From NCBI GenBank assembly GCA_944350495.1, contig CALVOZ010000002.1:9421-73420 (forward strand): 64,000 bases of DNA, written 5' to 3'. The notes under the pieces are model-generated. The model had not been told where the DNA came from, ran no database searches, and saw only the letters and a list, made by a program, of their open reading frames with translations. The position numbers were made by a program, and so were the translations under genes. Numbering within the stretch: position 1 is the stretch's first letter; every line of letters starts with the position of its first letter. Positions 29,674 through 39,793 of this stretch are shown piece after piece. This DNA is from an uncultured Bacilli bacterium (GTDB lineage Bacteria; Bacillota_I; Bacilli_A; RF39; UBA660).

Positions 29674-30126
29674 CTACCCCCTTTTAGTTATTATTGTATA
29701 CATTTGCTTACTTATATTACTAATATCTCCTATAATATGTCCATGCTCTATATTTAATTTATTATTGTGATTAATCTTACTTACTTTTACACTGTCTAGT
29801 GCGTTCGTTTGAAGAAATACATTCAATATTTTTTCAAATTGAATAGCAATCCAATCAGTCAGTTCTTCATTCCTAGCCCAATCGCAATTTTCTGCAAGAC
29901 CACTTTCATGAATAAAAGCATGTACTATCTCATGCCTAAGGACCTTTTTTTTGTACCACTCTAAATTATCTATACTGCTTTCATCTTTTTCAAATTCAGC
30001 TACCACGATTTTTTTAATGCTAAAGTCAGTAAAACCATCACACTTTTTTAATTGTGAATAATCTTTTTCTTCGGCATCTTTTATTATTTCGTAATCTGTT
30101 CCTAGTATTCTTACTTTCATATCCAA
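29674..30126 (-). CDS. HEXXH-motif protein (putative zinc metallopeptidase-like)
   Basis: RHEIVHAFIHESG. Confidence 0.35.
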   Translation of the reverse strand: MDMKVRILGTDYEIIKDAEEKDYSQLKKCDGFTDFSIKKIVVAEFEKDESSIDNLEWYKKKVLRHEIVHAFIHESGLAENCDWARNEELTDWIAIQFEKILNVFLQTNALDSVKVSKINHNNKLNIEHGHIIGDISNISKQMYTIITKRG

Positions 30127-30162
30127 TACCTAACCTTTCTTTTGCTTTTCTTCATATTTTAA

Positions 30163-30193
30163 TTCAAAAATAAAAGAAACTATCTCTAGTTTC
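30163..30193 (-). terminator. rho-independent terminator upstream of the late (packaging) operon
   Basis: On the minus strand, GAAACTA-gaga-TAGTTTC stem followed by TTTTATTTTT. Confidence 0.5.
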
Positions 30194-30296
30194 TTTCACT
30201 AACGGCATTATTAAATAAAAACTTAATTATATCAATATTTTCACAATACCATATTAACACAAAATTTACTGACATTATAATGACATTTAAACATTT

Positions 30297-30776
30297 TTAT
30301 AAAAATATTGAAATTTTTTCATCAATCTCATACTTAATTAATATTCTTCTTAGCCTTTTAGCATATCTCCATAAAGTTCTTTCACTTCTATCGCTTTCTT
30401 CAGCTACACGTTTAACAGCTTGAGTTATGTTATTTCCTTTTAACATATAAAGATATAATCTTTTCTCATACCCTTTTATTTTATCTAATGGTTGCTCAAA
30501 TTTACTGATTCTCTTAGTTAATATTTTTATATTTTTTTCACACTCATCAATGCTTGAAAGTATCTTTTTTTCTTCTAACTCAATCATAAAATCATCAAAT
30601 GCTGTTCTTTTTTTGTTCTTTGATCCTGGTATATAACTGTTAATGTCTTTTAAAATATCTATTGATTTGCTACCTGGTAAATATTTCTGCATTATAGAAT
30701 TTCTATCATCTTCTAAATTTCGAAGTTTCTGCTTTTCTATTTCTAGTTGTATAATATTATCCCCATATTCTTTCAA
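30297..30776 (-). CDS. ArpU-family late transcriptional regulator
   Basis: 159 aa sigma-region-4-like C-terminus; directly upstream of terminase genes. Confidence 0.5.
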   Translation of the reverse strand: MKEYGDNIIQLEIEKQKLRNLEDDRNSIMQKYLPGSKSIDILKDINSYIPGSKNKKRTAFDDFMIELEEKKILSSIDECEKNIKILTKRISKFEQPLDKIKGYEKRLYLYMLKGNNITQAVKRVAEESDRSERTLWRYAKRLRRILIKYEIDEKISIFL

Positions 30777-30787
30777 ATTATCCTCCT

Positions 30788-31180
30788 TTACTTGATTAAA
30801 TATTCTTCTCCATTAAGATTAGTTCTTAAATATACATTTTTTATTTTTATTTGTTCTTTAATAAATTCATATATTGCTTTTTCAACATTGTAATATCCAT
30901 AACCTAGTCCTTCTTTTTTAATAAATAATCTATTATCCTTTTTACTAACATATAAGTCTATTTCAGTTTTAGGTAAATGATAACCAAATTTATAAATATA
31001 ATATTCTTCTGTTTCTTCATCACATTTATCTAAAATATCTTTATCTTTAAATTTTAAATATATACAAACTTCATCGTCTGTATCGTATAGCATTTTTGTT
31101 ATTAAATTTTCTCTAGCCCATTCTTTTTGTCTACCTTTTCCGCAAGCATAGATTAACGCATCATAAACATATTTATTCAT
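30788..31180 (-). CDS. hypothetical phage protein
   Basis: ORF only. Confidence 0.35.
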   Translation of the reverse strand: MNKYVYDALIYACGKGRQKEWARENLITKMLYDTDDEVCIYLKFKDKDILDKCDEETEEYYIYKFGYHLPKTEIDLYVSKKDNRLFIKKEGLGYGYYNVEKAIYEFIKEQIKIKNVYLRTNLNGEEYLIK

Positions 31181-31181
31181 A

Positions 31182-31460
31182 CTATTTTCTATCTCCTTTA
31201 TTATCTAATATTTCTAATAATTCATAATATTCTTTAGGATATATTCTTAATTTTAATTCTTCTATTTCTTTAATATGATTGTGTATTAATTTTATTGCTT
31301 TATTTATAATATCTTCTTTTTGTTGTAGTTGTTCTTTTAATTGCTTGTTTTCTTGTTCCAATCTCTTTACATCTGATAATTCATATTTTGTTTCCATAAA
31401 TACATAATCTTCATCAAAATCGCTATAACTATAAACATATAAAGTATCTTCATCATACAT
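31182..31460 (-). CDS. hypothetical coiled-coil phage protein
   Basis: ORF; EQENKQLKEQLQQKEDII. Confidence 0.35.
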   Translation of the reverse strand: MYDEDTLYVYSYSDFDEDYVFMETKYELSDVKRLEQENKQLKEQLQQKEDIINKAIKLIHNHIKEIEELKLRIYPKEYYELLEILDNKGDRK

Positions 31461-31486
31461 TATTTATCACTCTTTTCTAAATAATC

Positions 31487-31690
31487 TTAGTTTGTTGCAA
31501 TTACTTTTGCATTTACTTCCAATAACTCATGGCTTTGTTCAGTAATTCCAAAAGTGTTAGGCTTCCACATATATTTTTCTTCAAATATCTTTGTTATTTC
31601 TTCCTTATCATCACTAATTTTTATAAAACCTTTCAATTCGCCGAGCCAATATTCTGCTATTAAATAAAATTTTTTGCTTAAATTTACCAT
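31487..31690 (-). CDS. hypothetical phage protein
   Basis: ORF only. Confidence 0.3.
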   Translation of the reverse strand: MVNLSKKFYLIAEYWLGELKGFIKISDDKEEITKIFEEKYMWKPNTFGITEQSHELLEVNAKVIATN

Positions 31691-31818
31691 ATCTACTTCT
31701 TCTCTATTTTTTATTTTTATTTAAAATTAGTCCAATAACGATAAGAAATAATACTGTTGCCACAATACCTAATATAAAACTTATAATTAATGGTGATATA
31801 TACATTTTAATTACCTCC

Positions 31819-33252
31819 TTACACCTTATTTAAAATTTTATTTTCCCATAACTTTAAAAAACGTTGCTGTTCTTTGGTAGTTCTATTATTCATTTTTGCT
31901 CTTTGTTGAACTACTTTATTTTTTCTTACTTCTACAGTCACTAGTGATTTATTTTTTTCATTTACTAATCTCATAAAGTAAATATCACACTTTCGCTCTG
32001 CATATTTCTCTGCATAACTCTGCACACAATTACTTTGTTGATTAGATTCATCTATCAACGAATCAATACTTTTAGCTGGAAATATAATAAATTTCTTATT
32101 TTGATAAATGTTTACACTCAATTGTTTATAAATTTTAGCAATTTTTTTATTCATTTTTTTATCTTTATTGACTCTATATAATTTTTGAATTTTATCATGT
32201 GCATTTTGTATATTTGTTGGATATAAGACTTTTTTAGATTTCATATCATATCTTAACTCTCTAGACATATTTAAATAATCAACATACTCATAAAAGTTTG
32301 TTTGTTCTATGTTAGTAAACTTCTTTAATTTTCTTAAATCAATATTATATGGTTTTAAGTCATCTAAATTATATCCTGAAAAAAATTTTAATATTCTAAT
32401 GTCTTTAATTTTACTGTACTTTAATACATCCAATTCTTGGACATCTATATTATGTTTTTGCATATATTTTAAATATGATTTATCTATTCCAAATCTAGAT
32501 TCAAAATTTCCAGCTATATCAAATGTTTTAGGATTAAGTGCTAACCTATATAACTTTAATTTAATTAGTAATTCGATAGATGAGCGATAAAATTTTAGTA
32601 AATATTCTAAATTAAAATACTTTTCTTTTCTTGCTAATACCCATAACTGTGAATATTGCCATTTTGTATCATTAAATAGTGACTTTAAATTATATGGATA
32701 GTATATTAAAGTATCTCCTAATCGTTTCCAATAAGAACTGAAATAATGCCAATTAGAATCTAACACTGATTCTCCATGCCTGATGTAAGTTCCGCCAATA
32801 TTACATACAATATGATCATTAATTATTTCATACAATTTAGAAAATTCGTTATCAAAAATTTGTCTTCCATATTCGCACACATAAGTATCGAATTTACCAT
32901 TATTGTAATAAGTTACCATTTCAAAATGTCTTAAAATATAATAATCCTTATATCTTTGTAACAATCCTAAATTATCTTTGAATTCGCATTGCTTTAATGT
33001 CTTATTTCTAATTATTAGTTCTTGCTTACATTTAGGACATACATAATAATCTGATACTTTTAAATTACTTTTAATGAAAATACTTTTACAATTAGTACAA
33101 TAAAACTCATTCGAACTCATTTTTATTATTAAATTATGAGTTTTTTTGATATCAAAAATAAATTTATTCCAATTACCTGGAAGAGTTAAATTTACATCTA
33201 ACTCTTCAAATAATTGTTTATCTTTTTTCCTTATGTACATTTTAGTAATCAA
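31819..33252 (-). CDS. PcfJ-like protein
   Basis: 477 aa with N-terminal CxxC...CxxC zinc ribbon; adjacent to a PcfK-like gene; family assignment from memory. Confidence 0.45.
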   Translation of the reverse strand: MITKMYIRKKDKQLFEELDVNLTLPGNWNKFIFDIKKTHNLIIKMSSNEFYCTNCKSIFIKSNLKVSDYYVCPKCKQELIIRNKTLKQCEFKDNLGLLQRYKDYYILRHFEMVTYYNNGKFDTYVCEYGRQIFDNEFSKLYEIINDHIVCNIGGTYIRHGESVLDSNWHYFSSYWKRLGDTLIYYPYNLKSLFNDTKWQYSQLWVLARKEKYFNLEYLLKFYRSSIELLIKLKLYRLALNPKTFDIAGNFESRFGIDKSYLKYMQKHNIDVQELDVLKYSKIKDIRILKFFSGYNLDDLKPYNIDLRKLKKFTNIEQTNFYEYVDYLNMSRELRYDMKSKKVLYPTNIQNAHDKIQKLYRVNKDKKMNKKIAKIYKQLSVNIYQNKKFIIFPAKSIDSLIDESNQQSNCVQSYAEKYAERKCDIYFMRLVNEKNKSLVTVEVRKNKVVQQRAKMNNRTTKEQQRFLKLWENKILNKV

Positions 33253-33640
33253 ATAGACTTAATTGTCCTTCAGGAATCCATTCTTTATTCTTTATTTTCT
33301 TTTTTTGTATTTTAACAACTTCTTTAGTAGATTCCTTTTTAACTTCTACCTTTTCTTCTTTTATCGGTACTGTTGTAATTTTTAAATCTTCATTACTTTC
33401 ATCAAAATAATGTATTGCCCAATTATAGACAGTGCTGTCTTCTACCATAGCCACTCCATTTTTTGCCAACTTACGAGCTTCATATTTTATATAATCAACC
33501 ATTCCCTTTAAGCTTTTTTCTTCATTAAGATATTTTTCATTCATATCTTCTCGCGTTAATAAATAATCAATTACTTTTAATAGTGGCTTGTTAGTTATTT
33601 CTGCAGCTAATACTCTTATTCTATTTAATCCTTCCATCAT
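33242..33640 (-). CDS. PcfK-like protein
   Basis: 132 aa with YLLTREDMNEKYL...VYNWAIHYFDE; paired with a PcfJ-like gene. Confidence 0.45.
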   Translation of the reverse strand: MMEGLNRIRVLAAEITNKPLLKVIDYLLTREDMNEKYLNEEKSLKGMVDYIKYEARKLAKNGVAMVEDSTVYNWAIHYFDESNEDLKITTVPIKEEKVEVKKESTKEVVKIQKKKIKNKEWIPEGQLSLFDY

Positions 33641-33809
33641 TCGCCTCTTTCGTTCAATTTTATAAATTTTAAAACTAAGTTTAATAAATCAATTTTTCTT
33701 ATTCTGACAACTTCTTTCATATTATTTTTTTGTTCTTTAATGCTTGTTTTAATTATTTCTTGAATAATCCAATCCTTTGAATATTCAATATTTTCACTAA
33801 AGCTTTGCA

Positions 33810-34019
33810 TTATTCAGTTATTTCTTTAAATATGTAGTTGCCAATCAATAAATCTTGAGGAATTTCTTTCATATCTAAATAAACGATTGTAGTTCTTTGA
33901 ACTGCAATAATTCCTAATTTTTTATTATCAGCATTATATACTTCAAATTCAGCACCTTTAGGAATTAAGTCAGCCTTTGAATTCTTTTGCATTTTTTCTA
34001 AAAGTTCTTTACTAGTCAT
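33810..34019 (-). CDS. hypothetical phage protein
   Basis: ORF only. Confidence 0.3.
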   Translation of the reverse strand: MTSKELLEKMQKNSKADLIPKGAEFEVYNADNKKLGIIAVQRTTIVYLDMKEIPQDLLIGNYIFKEITE

Positions 34020-34254
34020 TTTTTTCTTCCTCTCTCTTTTTGTTTATGACTTTTTTTATGTCTTCAAATCCAATATTTATGCAATCATTTATTTCTTGAA
34101 TCGCTTCTTCAATATTTTTTACATTAAATAATGTAATCAACAAATTGTCCGTGTAAGACATATATATTTGTTTATTATCCGTAATAGATATTTTTAATAA
34201 ATCAAATGACTGTTCTTCTTTTTTACTACTCATTTGGACCTCCAAAAGTTTCAT
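34012..34254 (-). CDS. hypothetical phage protein
   Basis: ORF only. Confidence 0.3.
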   Translation of the reverse strand: MKLLEVQMSSKKEEQSFDLLKISITDNKQIYMSYTDNLLITLFNVKNIEEAIQEINDCINIGFEDIKKVINKKREEEKND

Positions 34255-34684
34255 TTATTTCTTCTTCTAATTCCTGTAATGTTTCAGTTTTATAATCTTC
34301 TAGTTGATATTTATTAGCAATCTTATTTCTATTAATATCAACTAAAGCAACCTCATTTATATCTACCATATTAACCCTTAATTCATAGTTAACCGGAATT
34401 TTTACACAATTTAATTGATTATTAATTTCCTCAAAAAATTTACTCAATATTCTTTCTTCAAACATTTTTCTAGTTTCTGTATTAATTGGATGTGCTACAT
34501 CTACATATAGGCCTGTGCTTGTCTTTTTATTAGGCATTGCAATTAGGTATCCATTATCTCTTTGAATAATCCTAATATCTCGAATTGCAAAGCAATTATC
34601 AATTAATACGTTTGCATAAGCCTTTACCGCTTGTCCCTCAGTTGCTATTAAATCTATTGATACATTTGTTATTTTCATAATCAT
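34226..34684 (-). CDS. SpoVG-like nucleic-acid-binding protein (phage-encoded)
   Basis: MKITNVSIDLIATEGQAVKAYANVLIDNCFAIRDIRIIQRDNGYLIAMPNKKTSTGLYVDVAHPINTETR closely parallels the SpoVG N-terminal domain. Confidence 0.7.
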   Translation of the reverse strand: MIMKITNVSIDLIATEGQAVKAYANVLIDNCFAIRDIRIIQRDNGYLIAMPNKKTSTGLYVDVAHPINTETRKMFEERILSKFFEEINNQLNCVKIPVNYELRVNMVDINEVALVDINRNKIANKYQLEDYKTETLQELEEEINETFGGPNE

Positions 34685-34709
34685 TTCTCCCTTTTTAACA
34701 TTTGTTCTT

Positions 34710-34892
34710 TTAATCTATACTCAAATTTTTTTCTATCACTTTTAAATACATATCTATTACAATTCTCACATAATTTTTTATCTTTCTTTTCAAATTCATA
34801 AAAACTAACCGTACAATGACAATAGGGACATTTTTTTGCATTTTTTGTTTATCATCCCATAACTTATCAAAGCTATCCTTTTTAGTTTTCAT
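34710..34892 (-). CDS. small hypothetical phage protein
   Basis: ORF only. Confidence 0.25.
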   Translation of the reverse strand: MKTKKDSFDKLWDDKQKMQKNVPIVIVRLVFMNLKRKIKNYVRIVIDMYLKVIEKNLSID

Positions 34893-35205
34893 TCCAACGG
34901 CACCTTTCTTCTTCAGAACATTGTCGATACACTACACGGCAAAATTCATGAATAGTCATTAAAATGCGATACTTATGATATGTATAATTATATAAATCTG
35001 TTTTAGCTATAGATATCTCTCTACTAAATTTTGCTGCACTTAATGAAATTTCTAACCAGCGATCAGCTTGTACTAAACTCATTTGTGCTAATTTATAAGC
35101 GGTTGCACCATCTTCTGAAGATAACGATTCTACATTATCCATAATCAACTTATACTGTTCTAAATCTTCTTTAAATATTAATTGTATTCTCTCATTATTA
35201 TTCAA
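34882..35205 (-). CDS. hypothetical phage protein
   Basis: ORF only. Confidence 0.3.
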   Translation of the reverse strand: MNNNERIQLIFKEDLEQYKLIMDNVESLSSEDGATAYKLAQMSLVQADRWLEISLSAAKFSREISIAKTDLYNYTYHKYRILMTIHEFCRVVYRQCSEEERCRWNEN

Positions 35206-35971
35206 ATGGTAACACCTCTTTTTCTTCTCTTAAATTATTGACTACTGGGCCAATGTGTTGAGGATTTAGTGCTATTACATTACCAAAATTTAATTCACTT
35301 TTTACCATATATTCAAATACTTTATATTCTTCAAAGCTATGTGAAATATGACACAAAATTATTTTTTTTGTATTATGATTTACTGTTCTTTTTAAAAATT
35401 CAATTGTTTTTTGAATTGATAAATGTCCTATATCGCTAAACAATCTTTTCTTCTTTATAACTTCCGTTGTTGTTAATTCTTCTTTATTAAACCATTTTTC
35501 ATCAAAATTACATTCAATTAATAAATAATCAATATCAATAAATTCTAAATTATCAATATATCCTGTATCGGTTATATAAAGTAATTGTGCTCCAGATAAT
35601 TCATCTTTAATTAAAAAATTAACTGGATGTACTGCATCATGTTTAACTTCAAATGCTACTATACTGAATGTACCGATTTTAAACGTTTTTAAAGGAATTA
35701 TAGGAACTTTAGAAAAATTAGGTATATTTATCTTATCTAGTGTTTCTTTACAGCTATAATACGATACTCGCTTATTTTCTGATAATGTTTTACAGCCACC
35801 TACATGATCACCATGCTCATGTGTAATTAATACCCCATCAATTTTTAATTGATTCAATTCACAGCTTAAACGATTAAAATTAATTCCACAGTCCAGGAGA
35901 ATGGTTGTTTCACCATTCTCTAGAACATGTAAATTTCCTTTGCTACTCGAACTCAGCGTAGTTAGAATCAT
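35198..35971 (-). CDS. MBL-fold metallo-hydrolase
   Basis: ITHEHGDHVGG metal-binding motif. Confidence 0.75.
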   Translation of the reverse strand: MILTTLSSSSKGNLHVLENGETTILLDCGINFNRLSCELNQLKIDGVLITHEHGDHVGGCKTLSENKRVSYYSCKETLDKINIPNFSKVPIIPLKTFKIGTFSIVAFEVKHDAVHPVNFLIKDELSGAQLLYITDTGYIDNLEFIDIDYLLIECNFDEKWFNKEELTTTEVIKKKRLFSDIGHLSIQKTIEFLKRTVNHNTKKIILCHISHSFEEYKVFEYMVKSELNFGNVIALNPQHIGPVVNNLREEKEVLPFE

Positions 35972-36851
35972 TTTCTACTGCCTCTGTCTTATTTTCATCT
36001 GAAGAAGCATCAGTGTACTCTGCCTCTTTAACTTCATTACTACTTATAGTAACAGTTGTTTTTTCTTCAAAATTTAAATCGTAATTAGAATTATCTATTT
36101 CTTCTGTGCTCATATATGCATTTTGATACTCTACCGGAACATCAACATATATATCTTTCAATGCTCTTTTTAAAACTGCTTTTTTATACATTTCAGCTTC
36201 CCATTTTTGCCATGCAGGCGATAATTTCCCGCCCATTTTTGACTTAGATGCATCTTTTACTTTTTCTAATTCTGCTAAGCTCATTTCTATAATTCTATTT
36301 TTAGACGAATCTTCAAATCTTAAATAACATACAGCTCCAATAATTTGACCGTTATTAAATGATTTGGGCTTAAATTCTAGCGTATCTCCATCCAGAATAT
36401 TAACATCTGGTTCATATAAATCTCCTTCACGGACTACAAAGGCTATTGCGTCTACTAATTTATCTGAACTAAATCTTTTTATTTTTTTCTTTTTACCTAG
36501 GTACGATTCTTCAAAATTCAGTACATAAGTATCTCCCATTTTATAAGGTAATATATATAATTCATTATTTGCTGGATTAAGATTTAACTGTGCATAATAT
36601 AACAACTTGCTTGGTAGTCCATCTTTGTTAACCTGATCCCAACTGATACCTTTATCTTTAATTGTTTTTTCACAAGCTAATCCTAAATTGAATAATCCAC
36701 TCTTAACTTCAGGCTTTAATTCTAATCCCATAGAATTCATTACTTTCTCAGCTTCTTTTGCCATTGCATCAATGTACTTATCACTAACTGTTTTAATAGT
36801 TTTACTTTTATCTACTATCGCAATATCTTTTTTTTCATCATTTTTAATCAT
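35943..36851 (-). CDS. RecT-family single-strand annealing protein
   Basis: Size and position next to the MBL hydrolase and SbcC-like ATPase; acidic C-terminal tail. Confidence 0.5.
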   Translation of the reverse strand: MIKNDEKKDIAIVDKSKTIKTVSDKYIDAMAKEAEKVMNSMGLELKPEVKSGLFNLGLACEKTIKDKGISWDQVNKDGLPSKLLYYAQLNLNPANNELYILPYKMGDTYVLNFEESYLGKKKKIKRFSSDKLVDAIAFVVREGDLYEPDVNILDGDTLEFKPKSFNNGQIIGAVCYLRFEDSSKNRIIEMSLAELEKVKDASKSKMGGKLSPAWQKWEAEMYKKAVLKRALKDIYVDVPVEYQNAYMSTEEIDNSNYDLNFEEKTTVTISSNEVKEAEYTDASSDENKTEAVENDSNYAEFE

Positions 36852-37096
36852 TTACATCTACCATCCTTTATCTCTTCAATTATTTCTAATTGGTAAACGG
36901 AATTTAAAGTTTTAATAGTTAATAAATTGTCTTGACTTATTTCAACAACAGGTGACGTTCTAATAAAATGTCCTTGTTTTTCTAAAATAATTGATTTGTT
37001 AGGCAACATCCTAAAAGTTCGAACTTCACCTATATGCTTTTTTGCACGTCCATTAGTCGTATCTAAGATTTTTACTTTTAAAATTGATGTTATCAT
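36848..37096 (-). CDS. hypothetical phage protein
   Basis: ORF only. Confidence 0.3.
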   Translation of the reverse strand: MITSILKVKILDTTNGRAKKHIGEVRTFRMLPNKSIILEKQGHFIRTSPVVEISQDNLLTIKTLNSVYQLEIIEEIKDGRCK

Positions 37097-39012
37097 TGAT
37101 TTACCACCTCTAATTTTTTGTTTGCTTGATATTTAGCCCTACAACCAATTATTTGTGTTTCTAACTCAGGTAGTCTAGTTAATTCCCCTAATCCATCAAT
37201 TAAGATCGGTAACCTTTTGTTCTTCATACGTTGAATATTATCAATTAAATCAAGTGCTACGAGTATTTTATGGCCTGCATTTAACGCATTATACTCAATG
37301 CCATCAACTGCTATCTTGAACGTTTCAACTAACTTTCCGTCTTTAGTCTCTTCTTGAGTGATAAAATCAGCTAACTTAAAGTTATGCTTTACTCTTTCAC
37401 GCAACAATTCTGTTTTAGTACTATTAAATAAAATTAATTGTTGCTCTCTTTCATTAAGTCTCTCTTTTTCACTTAGTTTGTCAGCATATTTTGCTTCCAA
37501 TTCTTTTAATTGTTCTTTGAAAATCTTTAATGTAGCTGAAATGGCTAGTTTCTCTGTAATTGTTTCTAACTCATTTTGTAATGAACTAGTATCTCCAACA
37601 TTTATAACTTTATGATTTTTAATTGAATCTTTTAGTAAGTTGATTTGCTTTTGGATATTCAAAGCCTCAATCTCTAAATTAGCTATTTTTTCCTTATTTC
37701 TTGTAATATTATTTTTCATTTGAATTTGAACTGAAGATTCTTGGGTAGAATCTATTTCCTCAGTTTTAATTTCATCGATTTCTTTTTTAACTTGACTTAT
37801 TTTTTCTTTATACGAGTTAATTACTACATCAATTTCACTCATTCTAGTTAACTTTTCTTTAGCTTTTGCAACATACAAATTAGCTCTTGCTTTGGATTCT
37901 TCTTTTAAATTATTCAATACTTCTTTTATTTTTTCTCCTGGTAGTGGTTGACCGCAAGCTGTACATGTACTATTTTCAACTTTTATTTCACGTTTTACTT
38001 CTTCATCATACCTGCTTCTTAATTCTTCCCTATCAGCTATTAAACTTGATTTTTCAAGTTCTAAACGTTCAATATCTTGATTAATACTTTCAATTTGATT
38101 AGTTTTTTCTTTAATTTTATTTGTTTTTATAAGTTCTACATCAATATTTGAACTGTTATATGTTTTTTGATATTCAACGTTGTCTTTTAATAAATTATCT
38201 CTTGTATTGATATTAGCTTTTAAATTTCCTTCTAAAATAGTTAATTTTGAAATTTCAGCATCTTGTGCAGCTTTTTTTTCTTTTAGAATATTAAAAGATT
38301 CAATTGTTGCTTTTATTTCTTGTTTTCTTTCTTCCAATTGTTGTTGCTCATTATCATCAACAACTAATTGTTGAATATCAGTATGTTTTTGGTCAATATT
38401 ACCTTGTAGAACTTTTATTTCGCTTGCAAGTTCTGATTTGCTAGTTTTAATATCTTCAGCTGTCTTTTCTACTCCGACCGATTCAATTTTATCTCTTATT
38501 AAATTAAAATCTCCTCTAACAAATACCTCTTCATTTTTTATTTCACCAATCAATCCCATAATTAAACTTCGTAGTTCTTTCCAATGCAAGTTAGGAATGT
38601 AGTCAATATTTGATAATGCTTTAAATTCCGCGTCTGTAATAAAAAACTTGTCTCTTAAATAATTATTAAATTCCGTAACACCAAATTTGACATCATCTAC
38701 TTTAATCGTAGTTAAACTATTGTTCCAAATTCTTTCAATTTTAGTATCATTGATAATTAACAATACACTAGTTGCTAAATCTTCTTTTTCCTCACCGTCT
38801 ATTATAGGTTTTATTTTAAATTGCTTTTCGTCAGCAAAATTTTTTCCAAATAAACACCATGTAATAGCATCTAATACAGTTGTCTTACCGATTCCATTTT
38901 CACCTTCCAAAATATTTTTGTTTTCCATAAAATTTAATTTTAATTCTGAACATCCTTTAAAGTTCTTAATTTGAATATTATTAATTACTAATTTCATTCT
39001 TCTCTCCTTCAT
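37093..39012 (-). CDS. SbcC/Rad50-like ATPase with central zinc hook
   Basis: Walker A GENGIGKTT; long coiled-coil; CTAC (CxxC) hook at mid-length; C-terminal LPILIDGLGEL. Confidence 0.65.
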   Translation of the reverse strand: MKERRMKLVINNIQIKNFKGCSELKLNFMENKNILEGENGIGKTTVLDAITWCLFGKNFADEKQFKIKPIIDGEEKEDLATSVLLIINDTKIERIWNNSLTTIKVDDVKFGVTEFNNYLRDKFFITDAEFKALSNIDYIPNLHWKELRSLIMGLIGEIKNEEVFVRGDFNLIRDKIESVGVEKTAEDIKTSKSELASEIKVLQGNIDQKHTDIQQLVVDDNEQQQLEERKQEIKATIESFNILKEKKAAQDAEISKLTILEGNLKANINTRDNLLKDNVEYQKTYNSSNIDVELIKTNKIKEKTNQIESINQDIERLELEKSSLIADREELRSRYDEEVKREIKVENSTCTACGQPLPGEKIKEVLNNLKEESKARANLYVAKAKEKLTRMSEIDVVINSYKEKISQVKKEIDEIKTEEIDSTQESSVQIQMKNNITRNKEKIANLEIEALNIQKQINLLKDSIKNHKVINVGDTSSLQNELETITEKLAISATLKIFKEQLKELEAKYADKLSEKERLNEREQQLILFNSTKTELLRERVKHNFKLADFITQEETKDGKLVETFKIAVDGIEYNALNAGHKILVALDLIDNIQRMKNKRLPILIDGLGELTRLPELETQIIGCRAKYQANKKLEVVNQ

Positions 39013-39166
39013 TTTTTAGTTTTATAATTTCATCTAATTGCTTACTATTTAAAAATATTTTATTCTTACAATATAATCTAATTATTTCTTTTGGATTTTT
39101 TTCTTTTAATAATTTCTTATAATTTTTTGCTTTCATTTTGCACCTATACTTAATATCCAATAACAA
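38981..39166 (-). CDS. small hypothetical phage protein
   Basis: ORF only. Confidence 0.25.
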   Translation of the reverse strand: MLLDIKYRCKMKAKNYKKLLKEKNPKEIIRLYCKNKIFLNSKQLDEIIKLKNEGEKNEISN

Positions 39167-39432
39167 ATTCTTCTAAATAGGCTTTCGTTTTTTGTAATAT
39201 CACAATCTTTAGTATGATTTTTTAATATTCCTAATTGGTGTAACCTGTTATGAGCAATCCACTCATTTAATGCTGATTTTTTACTTCTGTCAACTAAGTC
39301 AAGTGGAACATCATTTAAAAAATTAGTTATTTCTTCTTTAGTCCTTAATTTCATCGAATTTATTATTTTAATATTTTTTGTTAATGAATTATATTTATAT
39401 CTAACTCTAGTCATAAAATTCTCCTGTATCAT
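39133..39432 (-). CDS. hypothetical phage protein
   Basis: ORF only. Confidence 0.3.
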   Translation of the reverse strand: MIQENFMTRVRYKYNSLTKNIKIINSMKLRTKEEITNFLNDVPLDLVDRSKKSALNEWIAHNRLHQLGILKNHTKDCDITKNESLFRRICYWILSIGAK

Positions 39433-39766
39433 TTAGCCAATCATAATCAAATAGTTCTAATTTCTTTTCTGATTGAATCGATTCAGCTAAATATTCTTTG
39501 TTTATAAAATATTCGTTGCTATCTATCTTCCCGCTACCTTTAGTTCTTTTATAAACTCTTATTACGTTCTTATTCTCTAACTCTTTTTTTGCTCGATTTA
39601 TAGTATCTCGTGATAAGTGATACTTCTCACTTAAAGTTCTTGTTGAAGGATAACATCTTCCTTCTTTATCAGAATAAAGAATTAATATGGTTAAGAACTT
39701 ATACGAACTAGCAGAAATATCAAGGTGTAAAATATTTTTATTTAAAATTATGGTTTTTCTCTCCAC
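39407..39766 (-). CDS. winged-helix DNA-binding protein (replication organiser-like)
   Basis: HTH-like TRTLSEKYHLSRDTINRAKKELENKNVI; immediately downstream of the iteron region. Confidence 0.4.
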   Translation of the reverse strand: MERKTIILNKNILHLDISASSYKFLTILILYSDKEGRCYPSTRTLSEKYHLSRDTINRAKKELENKNVIRVYKRTKGSGKIDSNEYFINKEYLAESIQSEKKLELFDYDWLNDTGEFYD

Positions 39767-39793
39767 ATATTTTTTATCCTCCTATTTTAATTT

